64,000 bases of DNA. It comes from an uncultured beta proteobacterium. Lineage in GTDB: Bacteria > Pseudomonadota > Gammaproteobacteria > Burkholderiales > SG8-41. The stretch lies in contig CAITMU010000121.1 in NCBI GenBank assembly GCA_903893565.1, positions 19,426-83,425 of the forward strand, read 5' to 3'. How positions within the stretch are numbered: position 1 is the stretch's first letter; each line of letters opens with the position of its first letter. Shown here in pieces: positions 47,480 through 56,790 of the stretch. A program made the translations under genes and the position numbers. The notes under the pieces are model-generated. The model searched no databases. It saw nothing but the letters and a program-made list of their open reading frames with translations, and was not told the origin of the DNA.

Positions 47480-47528
47480 GGCGACTTAAGGGCTACTTAA
47501 GGGCTACTTAAGGGCGACTTAAGGGCGA
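47480..47528. repeat. 11-bp tandem repeat GGC(G/T)ACTTAAG, 4 units plus a partial one
   Basis: Read directly: ggcgacttaag ggctacttaag ggctacttaag ggcgacttaag ggcga. Confidence 0.9.
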
Positions 47529-47566
47529 AAAAGCTTGCCGGGTTAAGCCGCCTTTGTCATTGAATT

Positions 47567-49024
47567 TCAAATGACCATTAAATCGACAAATTCCTGTACG
47601 GAGGTGGATTCCAATTTTTTAGGTGCGTTGCAAAGCGCAAAAATAGCCTGACTTTGTTTATGGGAAAAACGTCTAGCCAAATTGGTTTTAAATTTTGATT
47701 CTAAAAGAGGGATACCGTCTTTGCGACGGTTTCGGTGCCCAATGGGGTACTCAACCACGACCTTTTCGGTTTGAGTACCGTCCTTGAAAAAGATTTGAAT
47801 GGCGTTGGCAATGGAGCGTTTTTTCGGATTTAAGTAATCCACACTCCAGGGCTTATGTTCAACGCATTGCATTTTAGCTCTGAGTTGATCGATCCTCGGA
47901 TCGCAGGCAACATTGTCCTCATAATCGCTTGCCGTGAGATTGCCCTTAATAAGGCCCACAGCCGACATATACTGAATACAATGATCGCGATCGGCCGGAT
48001 TATTTAAAACCCCTTGTTTATCGATAATACGAATGGCTGACTCGTGCGTGGTGATGATGATTTTCTCAATCTCATTTAAGCGATTGACCACCTTAGGGTG
48101 CAGTGTGACTGCGCACTCGACGGCGGTTTGTGCGTGAAATTCTGCTGGAAAAGAGATCTTAAATAAAACGTTTTCCATGACGTATGAGCCATAGGGTTGG
48201 TTTAACTCAAACGCTTGGCCTTTAAAGGATACGTCGTAAAAGCCCCACTGCTTGGCGCTCAGTGCTGTGGGATAGCCCATTTCGCCTTTGAGCGCCATGA
48301 GGGCTAATCGAACGCCTCGGCTTGTGGCGTCTCCTGCGGCCCAGGATTTTCTGGATCCGGTATTAGGGGCATGGCGATAGGTTCTTAAAGACTGCCCATC
48401 GATCCAGGCATTAGATAAAGCGTTAATGGTTTCCTCTAGGCTGCACCCGAGCATTTGGGATACCACCGCCGTGGTGGCGACTTTGACTAACACCACGTGA
48501 TCTAATCCCACACGATTAAAGCTATTTTCCAAGGCAATGATGCCTTGAATTTCATGGGCTTTAATCATTGCGGTTAACACGTCTTTCATGACTAAAGGGG
48601 ATTTGCCCTGAGCCACTCGGGTTCTTGAAATCCAATCGGCTGTGGCTAAAATGCCCCCCAGATTGTCAGAAGGGTGCCCCCATTCGGCGGCCAGCCACGT
48701 ATCATTAAAATCAAGCCATCGGATCATACAGCCAATATTAAAAGCGGCTGTGACCGGGTCGAGTTGATAGGAGGTGCCGGGCACTTTGGCCCCGTTTGGG
48801 GTTTGCGTGCCTGGCACAATGGGGCCCATCAATTTCGTGCAGGCCGGATAACTGAGTGCCTCAAACCCACATCCGAGCGTATCCATGAGGCAAAGCCTTG
48901 CTGTTTCAAAAGCAAGGGGGTTTTTGATTTTGTAATGAGCCGCATAGTTGGCTATATCCACTAGGACGGCATCGGCTGCAATGTGTTTTTTGGTGGATTT
49001 TTTTTTCGTCGGTTTTGTCATCAT
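47567..49024 (-). CDS. prpD: 2-methylcitrate dehydratase
   Basis: 485 aa of the MmgE/PrpD family (..[16 protein letters not shown].., ..[13 protein letters not shown]..). Adjacent to prpC. Confidence 0.88.
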   Translation of the reverse strand: MMTKPTKKKSTKKHIAADAVLVDIANYAAHYKIKNPLAFETARLCLMDTLGCGFEALSYPACTKLMGPIVPGTQTPNGAKVPGTSYQLDPVTAAFNIGCMIRWLDFNDTWLAAEWGHPSDNLGGILATADWISRTRVAQGKSPLVMKDVLTAMIKAHEIQGIIALENSFNRVGLDHVVLVKVATTAVVSQMLGCSLEETINALSNAWIDGQSLRTYRHAPNTGSRKSWAAGDATSRGVRLALMALKGEMGYPTALSAKQWGFYDVSFKGQAFELNQPYGSYVMENVLFKISFPAEFHAQTAVECAVTLHPKVVNRLNEIEKIIITTHESAIRIIDKQGVLNNPADRDHCIQYMSAVGLIKGNLTASDYEDNVACDPRIDQLRAKMQCVEHKPWSVDYLNPKKRSIANAIQIFFKDGTQTEKVVVEYPIGHRNRRKDGIPLLESKFKTNLARRFSHKQSQAIFALCNAPKKLESTSVQEFVDLMVI

Positions 49025-49148
49025 CTTGCTTCCAGTGATTAAGCCAGAGAGGTAAAGGGGGCTATAGAGAAAAAGTGTTTTTTTTCGTCAGACGATGCCC
49101 CCAAAGGGGCATCGAGTCAGTGTGGCGTTTGTCGTTTAGGTGGGCAGG

Positions 49149-50303
49149 TTAGCGTTTATTTTGCGGTATGAAAGCTTTATTTTCGGGGCCAGTATAAACG
49201 GCTGCTGGGCGAATAATTTTATTGTCTAAACGTTGCTCGATCACATGAGCGCACCATCCGGTGGTTCTGGCAATGACAAAGATAGGGGTAAACATGGGGG
49301 TTGGAATCCCCATTTTGCTATAAGAGACGGCGGAAAACCAGTCCAAATTGGCAAACATGGATTTTTCTCTCATCATCACTTGCTCAATACGTTCAGCGAT
49401 ATCGTAGAGTTTTTTATCGTTCACGGCTTCAGACAACGACAAGGCCACTTTTTTAATGATTTTATTTCGAGGATCTAAAATGGTGTAGACCGGATGACCA
49501 AAGCCAATGACGGTTTCTTTATTTTCAATTCGACAGACAATGTCCTCCTCGGCCTCGTCCGGGTTTTCATAACGATTCATGACTTCATAACCGATTTCAT
49601 TGGCTCCGCCATGTTTAGGCCCTCGCAAGGCGCCGATTCCCCCAGTGACGGCCGAATGCATGTCAGCGCCAGTGCCGGCAATCACACGGCAGGCAAAGGT
49701 GGAGGCGTTAAATTCATGCTCGGCATAAAGAATGAGGGAGGTATGCATGGCTTTGACCCAAAGCGCTGAGGGGGCGCTGCCATGCAGTAAATGCAGAAAA
49801 TGGCCTCCTATGGTTTCATCTGCTGTCTCTACCTCGATACGACGGCCATTGTGACTAAAGTGAAACCAATAAAGGAGCATTGAGCCGAAAGAGGCGATGA
49901 GTCTATCGGCAATGTCACGAGCGCCGGGATGATTGTGATCGTCTTTTTCAGGTAAGGCGCATCCGAGGGCTGAGCACCCGGATCGCAATACATCCATGGG
50001 GTGAGAGGCAGCAGGAAGGGCTTCGAGCACGGCCTTGACGGCGTGGGGTAAGCCTCGTAGCGATTTGAGTTTATTTTTGTATTGTTTAAGTTCTGATTGG
50101 TTGGGCAGTTTTCCGTGTATGAGTAGAAAAGCAATTTCCTCGAATTCGCAGGTTTCTGCAATATCATGAATATCGTAACCGCGGTAGTGAAGGTCGTTGC
50201 CGGTGTGCCCTACGGAACAAAGGGACGTTGAGCCTGCGGCAATGCCGGAGAGGGCAACGGATTTTTTGGGTTTAAAGGGACTAATTTTTTCGTTCGCACT
50301 CAT
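49149..50303 (-). CDS. prpC: 2-methylcitrate synthase
   Basis: Citrate-synthase family, short type (..[13 protein letters not shown].., [20 protein letters not shown]). I place the start at [10 protein letters not shown], which has AGGAGG upstream. The track ORF starts 9 codons earlier. Confidence 0.88.
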   Translation of the reverse strand: MSANEKISPFKPKKSVALSGIAAGSTSLCSVGHTGNDLHYRGYDIHDIAETCEFEEIAFLLIHGKLPNQSELKQYKNKLKSLRGLPHAVKAVLEALPAASHPMDVLRSGCSALGCALPEKDDHNHPGARDIADRLIASFGSMLLYWFHFSHNGRRIEVETADETIGGHFLHLLHGSAPSALWVKAMHTSLILYAEHEFNASTFACRVIAGTGADMHSAVTGGIGALRGPKHGGANEIGYEVMNRYENPDEAEEDIVCRIENKETVIGFGHPVYTILDPRNKIIKKVALSLSEAVNDKKLYDIAERIEQVMMREKSMFANLDWFSAVSYSKMGIPTPMFTPIFVIARTTGWCAHVIEQRLDNKIIRPAAVYTGPENKAFIPQNKR

Positions 50304-50447
50304 TGGGACTCCTCCTGTTGAATGGTTCAAACCCCTGATGGATCAAAAAAAGAGCAGACTATTTTTTTACCCATTAATGGATATCAAAATATAAAACACA
50401 AGCGGACCCGTATCAGGGGTCCGCTGGTATGACTTCACAAGATGAAC

Positions 50448-51437
50448 TTAGCCTAGTAAATGTTTAATGGCATCACGCTCTTCATGTAATTCTTTCAAAG
50501 TCACTTGCATCCGAGCTTTACTAAAGTCACTTAACTCGATGCCTTTAACGATTTCAAATTGACCGTTTTTACAAGTAACCGGGTAGCCATACAACACCCC
50601 TTCAGCGATACCATAACTGCCGTCGGAGGGTATGCCCATGCTGACCCAATCGCCTTCGCGAGTGCCGAAGGTCCAGTCGCGAATATGTTCAATCGCCGCA
50701 TTGGCCGCACTGGCTGCAGACGACAGTCCGCGTGCGTCAATGATGGCAGCGCCACGTTTTTGGATGGTGGGTATGAAATTTTCTTCCAACCAGTTTTGAT
50801 CGTTGATGAGGGGCCAAACTTTTTGTCCATCGGCCTCAACGCTGAAAATATCAGGATATTGGGTCGAAGAGTGATTGCCCCAAACGCTTAATTTTTTGAT
50901 ACTGGCCACGGGTTTGCCAACTTTTTGGGCGATTTGACTTAATGAGCGATTATGGTCTAAACGCATCATGGCGGTGAAATTGGAGGGCTTCAAAGTGGGA
51001 GCATTTTTCATGGCAATCAAGCAATTCGTGTTAGCGGGGTTACCCACTACTAACACTTTGACATTGCGGCTGGCGTGATCTGAGAGCGCCTTGCCTTGGG
51101 GTCCAAATATTTGACCATTCGCTTCCAACAAATCCTTTCTCTCCATTCCTGGTCCGCGGGGACGGGCGCCGACGAGTAGGGCCACTTCGACATCCTTAAA
51201 CGCTACGTTAGGTTCCGAGGTCGCAATCATGCTGTGCAATAAAGGAAATGCGCAGTCATCAAGCTCCATCATCACCCCTTGTAGGGCTTTTTGCGCTTTT
51301 TCATGGGGGATTTCTAAAAGTTGCAAAATGACCGGCTGGTCTTTACCTAGCATTTCTCCACTGGCAATTCTAAACAATAGGCTGTAGCCGATTTGACCGG
51401 CTGCTCCAGTGACCGCAACGCGCACGGGTTTTTTCAT
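50448..51437 (-). CDS. mdh: Malate dehydrogenase
   Basis: [31 protein letters not shown].. is the LDH-like MDH type. 329 aa. Confidence 0.95.
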   Translation of the reverse strand: MKKPVRVAVTGAAGQIGYSLLFRIASGEMLGKDQPVILQLLEIPHEKAQKALQGVMMELDDCAFPLLHSMIATSEPNVAFKDVEVALLVGARPRGPGMERKDLLEANGQIFGPQGKALSDHASRNVKVLVVGNPANTNCLIAMKNAPTLKPSNFTAMMRLDHNRSLSQIAQKVGKPVASIKKLSVWGNHSSTQYPDIFSVEADGQKVWPLINDQNWLEENFIPTIQKRGAAIIDARGLSSAASAANAAIEHIRDWTFGTREGDWVSMGIPSDGSYGIAEGVLYGYPVTCKNGQFEIVKGIELSDFSKARMQVTLKELHEERDAIKHLLG

Positions 51438-51836
51438 ATCTGAATACTCCTGAGTATCGTCTGTAGATTGTGGCTAGTGCCCTAAATTTTAGGGTATAGG
51501 GATTTAATGCCCCCTCTTATATAGAGGGTAAGGTCGATGATAGCCAAGGGCCACGGCGGGGTCAACCGGCCGTAGGCTTTAAGTTGAGGGTTTAAGGGCC
51601 GGGAGGGTATTTTTTAACCCTTCAATAGGTAGGGTTTTATGAGGGGGCTTTTTTCTTCTTTATTGCTGTTACGCAACAACTAGAAAGCTGTTAAAATTCT
51701 AATCATTATTGCTCGAGTTCGTGCTTAAACCCGTGCTTTAATTCCCTTAGTTGGGTGCTTCTGGCCCCATTAGGGCCACTAAACCCTAGTCAGAAAGTGC
51801 AATGCCATTTAAAACTATCGTGAGAGACGTTTACTG

Positions 51837-52211
51837 ATGCCGAAAAGTCGTCCAAAACATCTGAATTTGTTGCAAATTCGCCTTCCTATGCCTGCTTTTG
51901 TTTCCATTTTGCATAGGGTCAGTGGTGCTTTGCTTTTTCTATTAATCCCGCTCATTTTGTACGTGCTTGGCGGCAGCTTGCAATCGGCTGACTCATTTTT
52001 GCAAATGAAAGATTGTTTGTCCTACCCAGTGACCAAACTTGCGATGCTGGTGGTTTTATGGTCCTTTCTGCACCATTTTTTTGCTGGAATTCGTCATCTT
52101 GTGATGGATCAGCACATTGGTCTGGAATTGGAAGCGGCCCGTGCCTCGAGTAAGGTCGTGATGGTTATTAGTATCGGATTAACAGTTATTATCGGGGTCC
52201 AATTATGGTAA
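51837..52211 (+). CDS. sdhC: Succinate dehydrogenase cytochrome b556 subunit
   Basis: 124-aa membrane protein containing ..SILHRVSG... First gene of the sdh cluster. Confidence 0.9.
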   Translation: MPKSRPKHLNLLQIRLPMPAFVSILHRVSGALLFLLIPLILYVLGGSLQSADSFLQMKDCLSYPVTKLAMLVVLWSFLHHFFAGIRHLVMDQHIGLELEAARASSKVVMVISIGLTVIIGVQLW

Positions 52212-52552
52212 ACCGTGAAGTCATAGGGGCCCATTACGGCCTTCGGGATTGGTTAGTGCAACGTATCACTGCAGTTGTGATGTCGGTCTTTACTGTCATT
52301 TTCCTTGTCAAACTGTTCCTGATGCCGCAGTTTGATTATGCTCACTGGAGTGCCCTATGGCATGGAAATGTGATGCGTTTTGCTGCCCTTTTGTTTTTCG
52401 TCAGCTTGGGCCTTCATGCGTGGGTTGGTATGCGTAACATTTTTATGGACTACGTTAAAAATACCAATCTTAGGGTCGTTCTTTTTGCGTTTGTTATTCT
52501 TGCGCTTGTCACCTATGTGGCCTGGGCTGTACAAATTTTATGGGGTATATGA
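52205..52552 (+). CDS. sdhD: Succinate dehydrogenase membrane anchor subunit
   Basis: 115-aa three-TM protein lying between sdhC and sdhA. Confidence 0.9.
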   Translation: MVNREVIGAHYGLRDWLVQRITAVVMSVFTVIFLVKLFLMPQFDYAHWSALWHGNVMRFAALLFFVSLGLHAWVGMRNIFMDYVKNTNLRVVLFAFVILALVTYVAWAVQILWGI

Positions 52553-54318
52553 TGGGCATTGCCAAAAGACAATTTGATGCGGTGGTTGTGGGTGCAGGGG
52601 GTTCGGGGTTAAGAGCTGCGTTGCAGTTGTCCGAAGCCAATCTTAAAGTGGCAGTGTTATCAAAAGTGTTTCCAACCCGTTCGCACACAGTGGCGGCACA
52701 GGGTGGGGTTTCAGCCTCACTGGGCAATGAAGAGCCAGATAATTGGCATTGGCACATGTATGACACCGTTAAAGGGTCAGATTACTTAGGGGACCAAGAC
52801 GCTATCGAGTACATGTGTCGCAAAGCCCCCGAGGTTGTGGTGGAGTTAGAGCACTATGGTATGCCCTTTGACCGTCTGGACAATGGCAAAATCTATCAGC
52901 GTCCCTTTGGTGGTCATACCAGTAATTACGGTGAGCGCGCGGTTAAGCGGGCTTGTGCTGCGGCAGACCGTACGGGGCATGCTATGTTGCATACCCTTTA
53001 TCAGAGAAATGTGAGAGCCCATACCCAATTCTTTGTCGAATGGATGGCATTAGATTTAATTCGTAATTCCCAGGGCGATGTGCTGGGTGTGATCGCTCTT
53101 GAGATGGAAACCGGCGAAGTGATGATGTTTCAAGCAAAGTCGACTTTGCTAGCCACCGGCGGAGCAGGCCGTATTTACTCTGCGAGTACCAATGCCTTTA
53201 TCAATACCGGTGATGGTTTGGGTATGGCTGCACGAGCCGGTATTCCCTTGGAAGACATGGAGTTTTGGCAATTCCACCCTACCGGGGTTGCCGGTGCTGG
53301 GGTGCTGATTACCGAAGGGGTGCGCGGTGAGGGGGGATTCTTACTGAATAAAAATGGTGAGCGATTCATGGAGCGCTATGCGCCCACGGTCAAGGATTTG
53401 GCGAGCCGAGATGTGGTGTCTCGTGCGATGGCCACTGAAATCAAGGAAGGTCGCGGCGCAGGTAAAGACGGCGAATTTATTTTGCTCAAATTAGATCACC
53501 TGGGTGCTGATGTGATTGATAAGCGATTGCCGGGTATCCGTGAAATTGCCAAAAAATTTGCCAACGTGGATCCTGTCAAAGATCCGATCCCCGTGGTGCC
53601 TACCTGTCATTATCAAATGGGGGGGATACCCACCAATGTGCAAGGTCAGGTCTTGGCGGCTAACGCATTGGGCAAAGAAGTGATTGTCAAAGGTTTATAC
53701 GCAGCCGGTGAATGCGCCTGTGTGTCGGTGCATGGGGCCAATCGCTTAGGGACGAATTCATTGCTGGATTTATTGGTGTTTGGTAAATCAGCCGGTGAGC
53801 AAGTGGTAAAAGATATCGCAGCCGATGTGGCTTCTTTGCCTGATTTGCCTTCTGATTACGCTGATAAAACCATGGCTCGCTTGGCACGTTTGGACTCGTC
53901 TAAAGATGGGGAATCGGTTAATGAAGTGGGCAGTGAAATGCGTAGAACCATGCAATTGCACTGCGGGGTATTTCGCTTCCCTGATGGCTTAGCGGACGGG
54001 GTAGAAAAAATGCTCAAAGTCGGCGAAAGAGTCAAATCTACTTTCATTAAAGATAAGAGCAAAGTCTTTAATACGGCGCGTATTGAAGCGATTGAATTGG
54101 ATAACTTGGTGGAAGTGGCCATGGCCACCATGATCTCTGCCCATGCCCGTACGGAATCTCGTGGCGCCCATGATCGCAGTGATCACCCGGATCGTGATGA
54201 CGTGAACTGGATGAAACATACCTTATGGTTTAAGGAAAATAACCGCTTGGAATATAAGCCGGTTCAACTTAAGCCCATGACGGTGGAATCGTTTGAGCCC
54301 AAAGCCCGCGTTTATTAA
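52549..54318 (+). CDS. sdhA: Succinate dehydrogenase flavoprotein subunit
   Basis: FDAVVVGAGGSGLRAAL, RSHTVAAQGG (site of covalent FAD attachment) and ..HPTG... I prefer the ATG at 52549, which overlaps the sdhD stop (ATGA). The track start is at 52540. Confidence 0.95.
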   Translation: MMGIAKRQFDAVVVGAGGSGLRAALQLSEANLKVAVLSKVFPTRSHTVAAQGGVSASLGNEEPDNWHWHMYDTVKGSDYLGDQDAIEYMCRKAPEVVVELEHYGMPFDRLDNGKIYQRPFGGHTSNYGERAVKRACAAADRTGHAMLHTLYQRNVRAHTQFFVEWMALDLIRNSQGDVLGVIALEMETGEVMMFQAKSTLLATGGAGRIYSASTNAFINTGDGLGMAARAGIPLEDMEFWQFHPTGVAGAGVLITEGVRGEGGFLLNKNGERFMERYAPTVKDLASRDVVSRAMATEIKEGRGAGKDGEFILLKLDHLGADVIDKRLPGIREIAKKFANVDPVKDPIPVVPTCHYQMGGIPTNVQGQVLAANALGKEVIVKGLYAAGECACVSVHGANRLGTNSLLDLLVFGKSAGEQVVKDIAADVASLPDLPSDYADKTMARLARLDSSKDGESVNEVGSEMRRTMQLHCGVFRFPDGLADGVEKMLKVGERVKSTFIKDKSKVFNTARIEAIELDNLVEVAMATMISAHARTESRGAHDRSDHPDRDDVNWMKHTLWFKENNRLEYKPVQLKPMTVESFEPKARVY

Positions 54319-54364
54319 TGTGTAGTTAGCCTTACCTCTTATTCAATTCGCAAGGAGTTTTTTT

Positions 54365-55060
54365 ATGCGTTTCGAGATTTATCGTTTTAATCCTGATGTT
54401 GACTCAAAGCCTCGTATGCAAAGCTACGATGTGGAGATGGAGCCAACTGACCGTATGTTGCTCGATGGTTTGATGAGATTGAAAGTGCAAGACGATACTT
54501 TTTCGTTTCGTCGCTCCTGCAGAGAAGGGGTGTGTGGTTCTGATGCGATGAACATCAATGGTAAAAATGGTTTAGCGTGTATTACCAAGTTAGCTGATTT
54601 GAAAGAGCCAGTGGTCATTCGTCCGCTCCCAGGGCTACCGGTGATTCGTGACTTGATCGTCGATATGTCTCAGTTTTTTAAGCAATACCACTCGATCAAA
54701 CCCTACGTTACCAATGACACCCCGGCCCCAGAAATGGAACGGCTTCAGTCACCTGAGGATCGGGAAGAATTAAACGGTTTGTATGAGTGTATTTTGTGTG
54801 CCTGCTGTACAACCTCGTGCCCCTCTTTCTGGTGGAATCCGGATAAGTTTGTAGGACCAGCGGGTTTGTTACAGGCGTATCGCTTTATCGCTGATACCCG
54901 TGACCTTGCGACCAACGAGCGGCTCGATAATTTAGAGGATCCGTATCGCTTATTCCGTTGTCACTCGATTATGAACTGTGTCGATGTATGTCCTAAAAAT
55001 CTTAATCCCACCAAGGCTATCGGTAAGATTAAAGATTTGTTGGTCAAAAGGGCTGTGTGA
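54365..55060 (+). CDS. sdhB: Succinate dehydrogenase iron-sulfur subunit
   Basis: The three Fe-S cluster motifs are present: CREGVCGSDAMNING, CILCACCTTSCP, CHSIMNCVDVCP. Confidence 0.95.
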   Translation: MRFEIYRFNPDVDSKPRMQSYDVEMEPTDRMLLDGLMRLKVQDDTFSFRRSCREGVCGSDAMNINGKNGLACITKLADLKEPVVIRPLPGLPVIRDLIVDMSQFFKQYHSIKPYVTNDTPAPEMERLQSPEDREELNGLYECILCACCTTSCPSFWWNPDKFVGPAGLLQAYRFIADTRDLATNERLDNLEDPYRLFRCHSIMNCVDVCPKNLNPTKAIGKIKDLLVKRAV

Positions 55061-55311
55061 TTAATCTCATGTTGGATGGACGTCAAAACGACCGTATTCG
55101 ATGGAATTGTAGAAGGGGCTTATTAGAGTTAGACATTATTTTGGGTAATTTTTTGGCTCGCCATCTAGATCACCTAGATCAAGAGCAAATGGAATTATTC
55201 AAAGAGTTACTGGCCTATGAAGATAATGATTTATTGGATATGGTCATGGAAAGGGCAGAGCCGGTTAATAGTCAATTGTCTGCCGTGTTGGAAATGATGA
55301 GAGTAAGCTAG
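55057..55311 (+). CDS. sdhE: Succinate dehydrogenase assembly factor 2 (SdhE/YgfY family)
   Basis: 84 aa containing RIRWNCRRGLLELD (the RGxxE motif). Overlaps the sdhB stop. Confidence 0.85.
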   Translation: MINLMLDGRQNDRIRWNCRRGLLELDIILGNFLARHLDHLDQEQMELFKELLAYEDNDLLDMVMERAEPVNSQLSAVLEMMRVS

Positions 55312-55340
55312 TGGCTATAGGTGGTAATAGTGAATATAGA

Positions 55341-55370
55341 TATTTAACGAGACTTAACGAGACTTAACGG
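55341..55370. repeat. 10-bp tandem repeat GACTTAACG(A/G), about 3 units, next to the gltA ribosome-binding site
   Basis: Read directly: tatttaacga gacttaacga gacttaacgg, followed by gagaacggtATG. Confidence 0.8.
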
Positions 55371-55379
55371 GAGAACGGT

Positions 55380-56678
55380 ATGAGTGAAAAACTGGCAACG
55401 CTATCTTTTAGCGATGGCAAACCCTCGGTAGATTTTCCAATTTACTCTGGAAACGAGGGGCCCGATGTAATTGATGTTCGGGCTTTATATAATAAAACAG
55501 GGATGTTCACTTACGATCCTGGATTTATGTCAACGGCCAGTTGTCGCTCAGGCATTACCTACATCGATGGAGACGTGGGTATTTTGCAATACCGTGGTTA
55601 CCCGATTGAGCAGTTGGCTGGCACTTGCAGCTTTCTAGAAGTCGCCTACCTCATTTTGAATGGGGAATTGCCCAATAAAGTGGAGTTGGATTCCTTTGTT
55701 GGCACGGTGACTCGGCACACCATGGTGCATGAGCAATTGTCTCGTTTTTACAGTGGCTTTCGTCGCGATGCTCATCCGATGGCGGTGATGACCGGTGTGG
55801 TGGGTGCTTTGTCAGCCTTCTACCATGACTCGATTGATATCAATGATAAGAAAAGCCGCGATATCTCGGCTTTCCGCTTGATTGCGAAGCTCCCGACCAT
55901 TACGGCGATGACCTATAAGTACACGACCGGTCAACCGTTCATGTATCCGAAAAATAATCTTTCCTATGTGGAAAACTTTCTTTACATGACCTTTGGTACG
56001 CCTTGTGAAGAATGGGTGCCTAATCCCATCCTTACCAAAGCGATGGAAAGAATTTTGATTTTGCATGCCGATCACGAACAAAATGCTTCGACCTCCACAG
56101 TGCGTTTGGCCGGATCCACGGGTGCCAACCCCTTTGCGTGTATTTCAGCCGGCATTGCAGCGCTTTGGGGCCCGGCTCACGGTGGCGCCAATGAGGCAGT
56201 GTTAAGGATGCTCGAGTCGATTGGGGATGTGAGCAATATTCCTACCTTCATTAAGAAAGTGAAAGCCCAAGAAGACCATACCATGCTGATGGGCTTTGGT
56301 CATCGGGTGTATAAAAATTACGACCCTCGTGCAAAGCTCATTCAAGAAACCTGTCATGAAGTGTTGGAAGCCTTGGACTTGAAGGATGACAAGTTATTTA
56401 AATTGGCGATGGCACTGGAAAAAGTGGCTCTTGAAGATGAATACTTTATCAAGCGCAAACTCTATCCTAATGTCGACTTTTATTCTGGCATTGTGTACAA
56501 AGCGCTTAATATTCCTGTGCCCATGTTCACAGCAATTTTTGCCTTGGCCCGTACGGTGGGTTGGATTGCGCAGTGGAATGAAATGCAAGGCGACCGTGAT
56601 GCAAAAATCGGCCGTCCTCGTCAGTTGTTTACTGGTACAGCGCGTCGTGATTTTACATCATTGAAAGATAGAAAATAA
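55380..56678 (+). CDS. gltA: Citrate synthase (type II)
   Basis: 432 aa with ..[17 protein letters not shown].., GPAHGGANE and [14 protein letters not shown]. Confidence 0.95.
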   Translation: MSEKLATLSFSDGKPSVDFPIYSGNEGPDVIDVRALYNKTGMFTYDPGFMSTASCRSGITYIDGDVGILQYRGYPIEQLAGTCSFLEVAYLILNGELPNKVELDSFVGTVTRHTMVHEQLSRFYSGFRRDAHPMAVMTGVVGALSAFYHDSIDINDKKSRDISAFRLIAKLPTITAMTYKYTTGQPFMYPKNNLSYVENFLYMTFGTPCEEWVPNPILTKAMERILILHADHEQNASTSTVRLAGSTGANPFACISAGIAALWGPAHGGANEAVLRMLESIGDVSNIPTFIKKVKAQEDHTMLMGFGHRVYKNYDPRAKLIQETCHEVLEALDLKDDKLFKLAMALEKVALEDEYFIKRKLYPNVDFYSGIVYKALNIPVPMFTAIFALARTVGWIAQWNEMQGDRDAKIGRPRQLFTGTARRDFTSLKDRK

Positions 56679-56790
56679 CTGTGCAAGGCGCGGGGGGCTC
56701 AATGGTCTGGCTCCCCCCTAGTGAACTTAGGGAATGTTTTGAACTTCGCGCCTAGAGTCACATTCGTTGAAAGACCAAGGGTGTGTTGTG

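Noticed and set aside
21127-55370. The tandem repeat arrays (21127-21184, 47480-47528, 55341-55370, 14124-14177) considered as CRISPR arrays.
   Set aside because: The units are only 10-13 bp and directly abut each other with no spacers, and no cas genes are present. They are simple tandem repeats.
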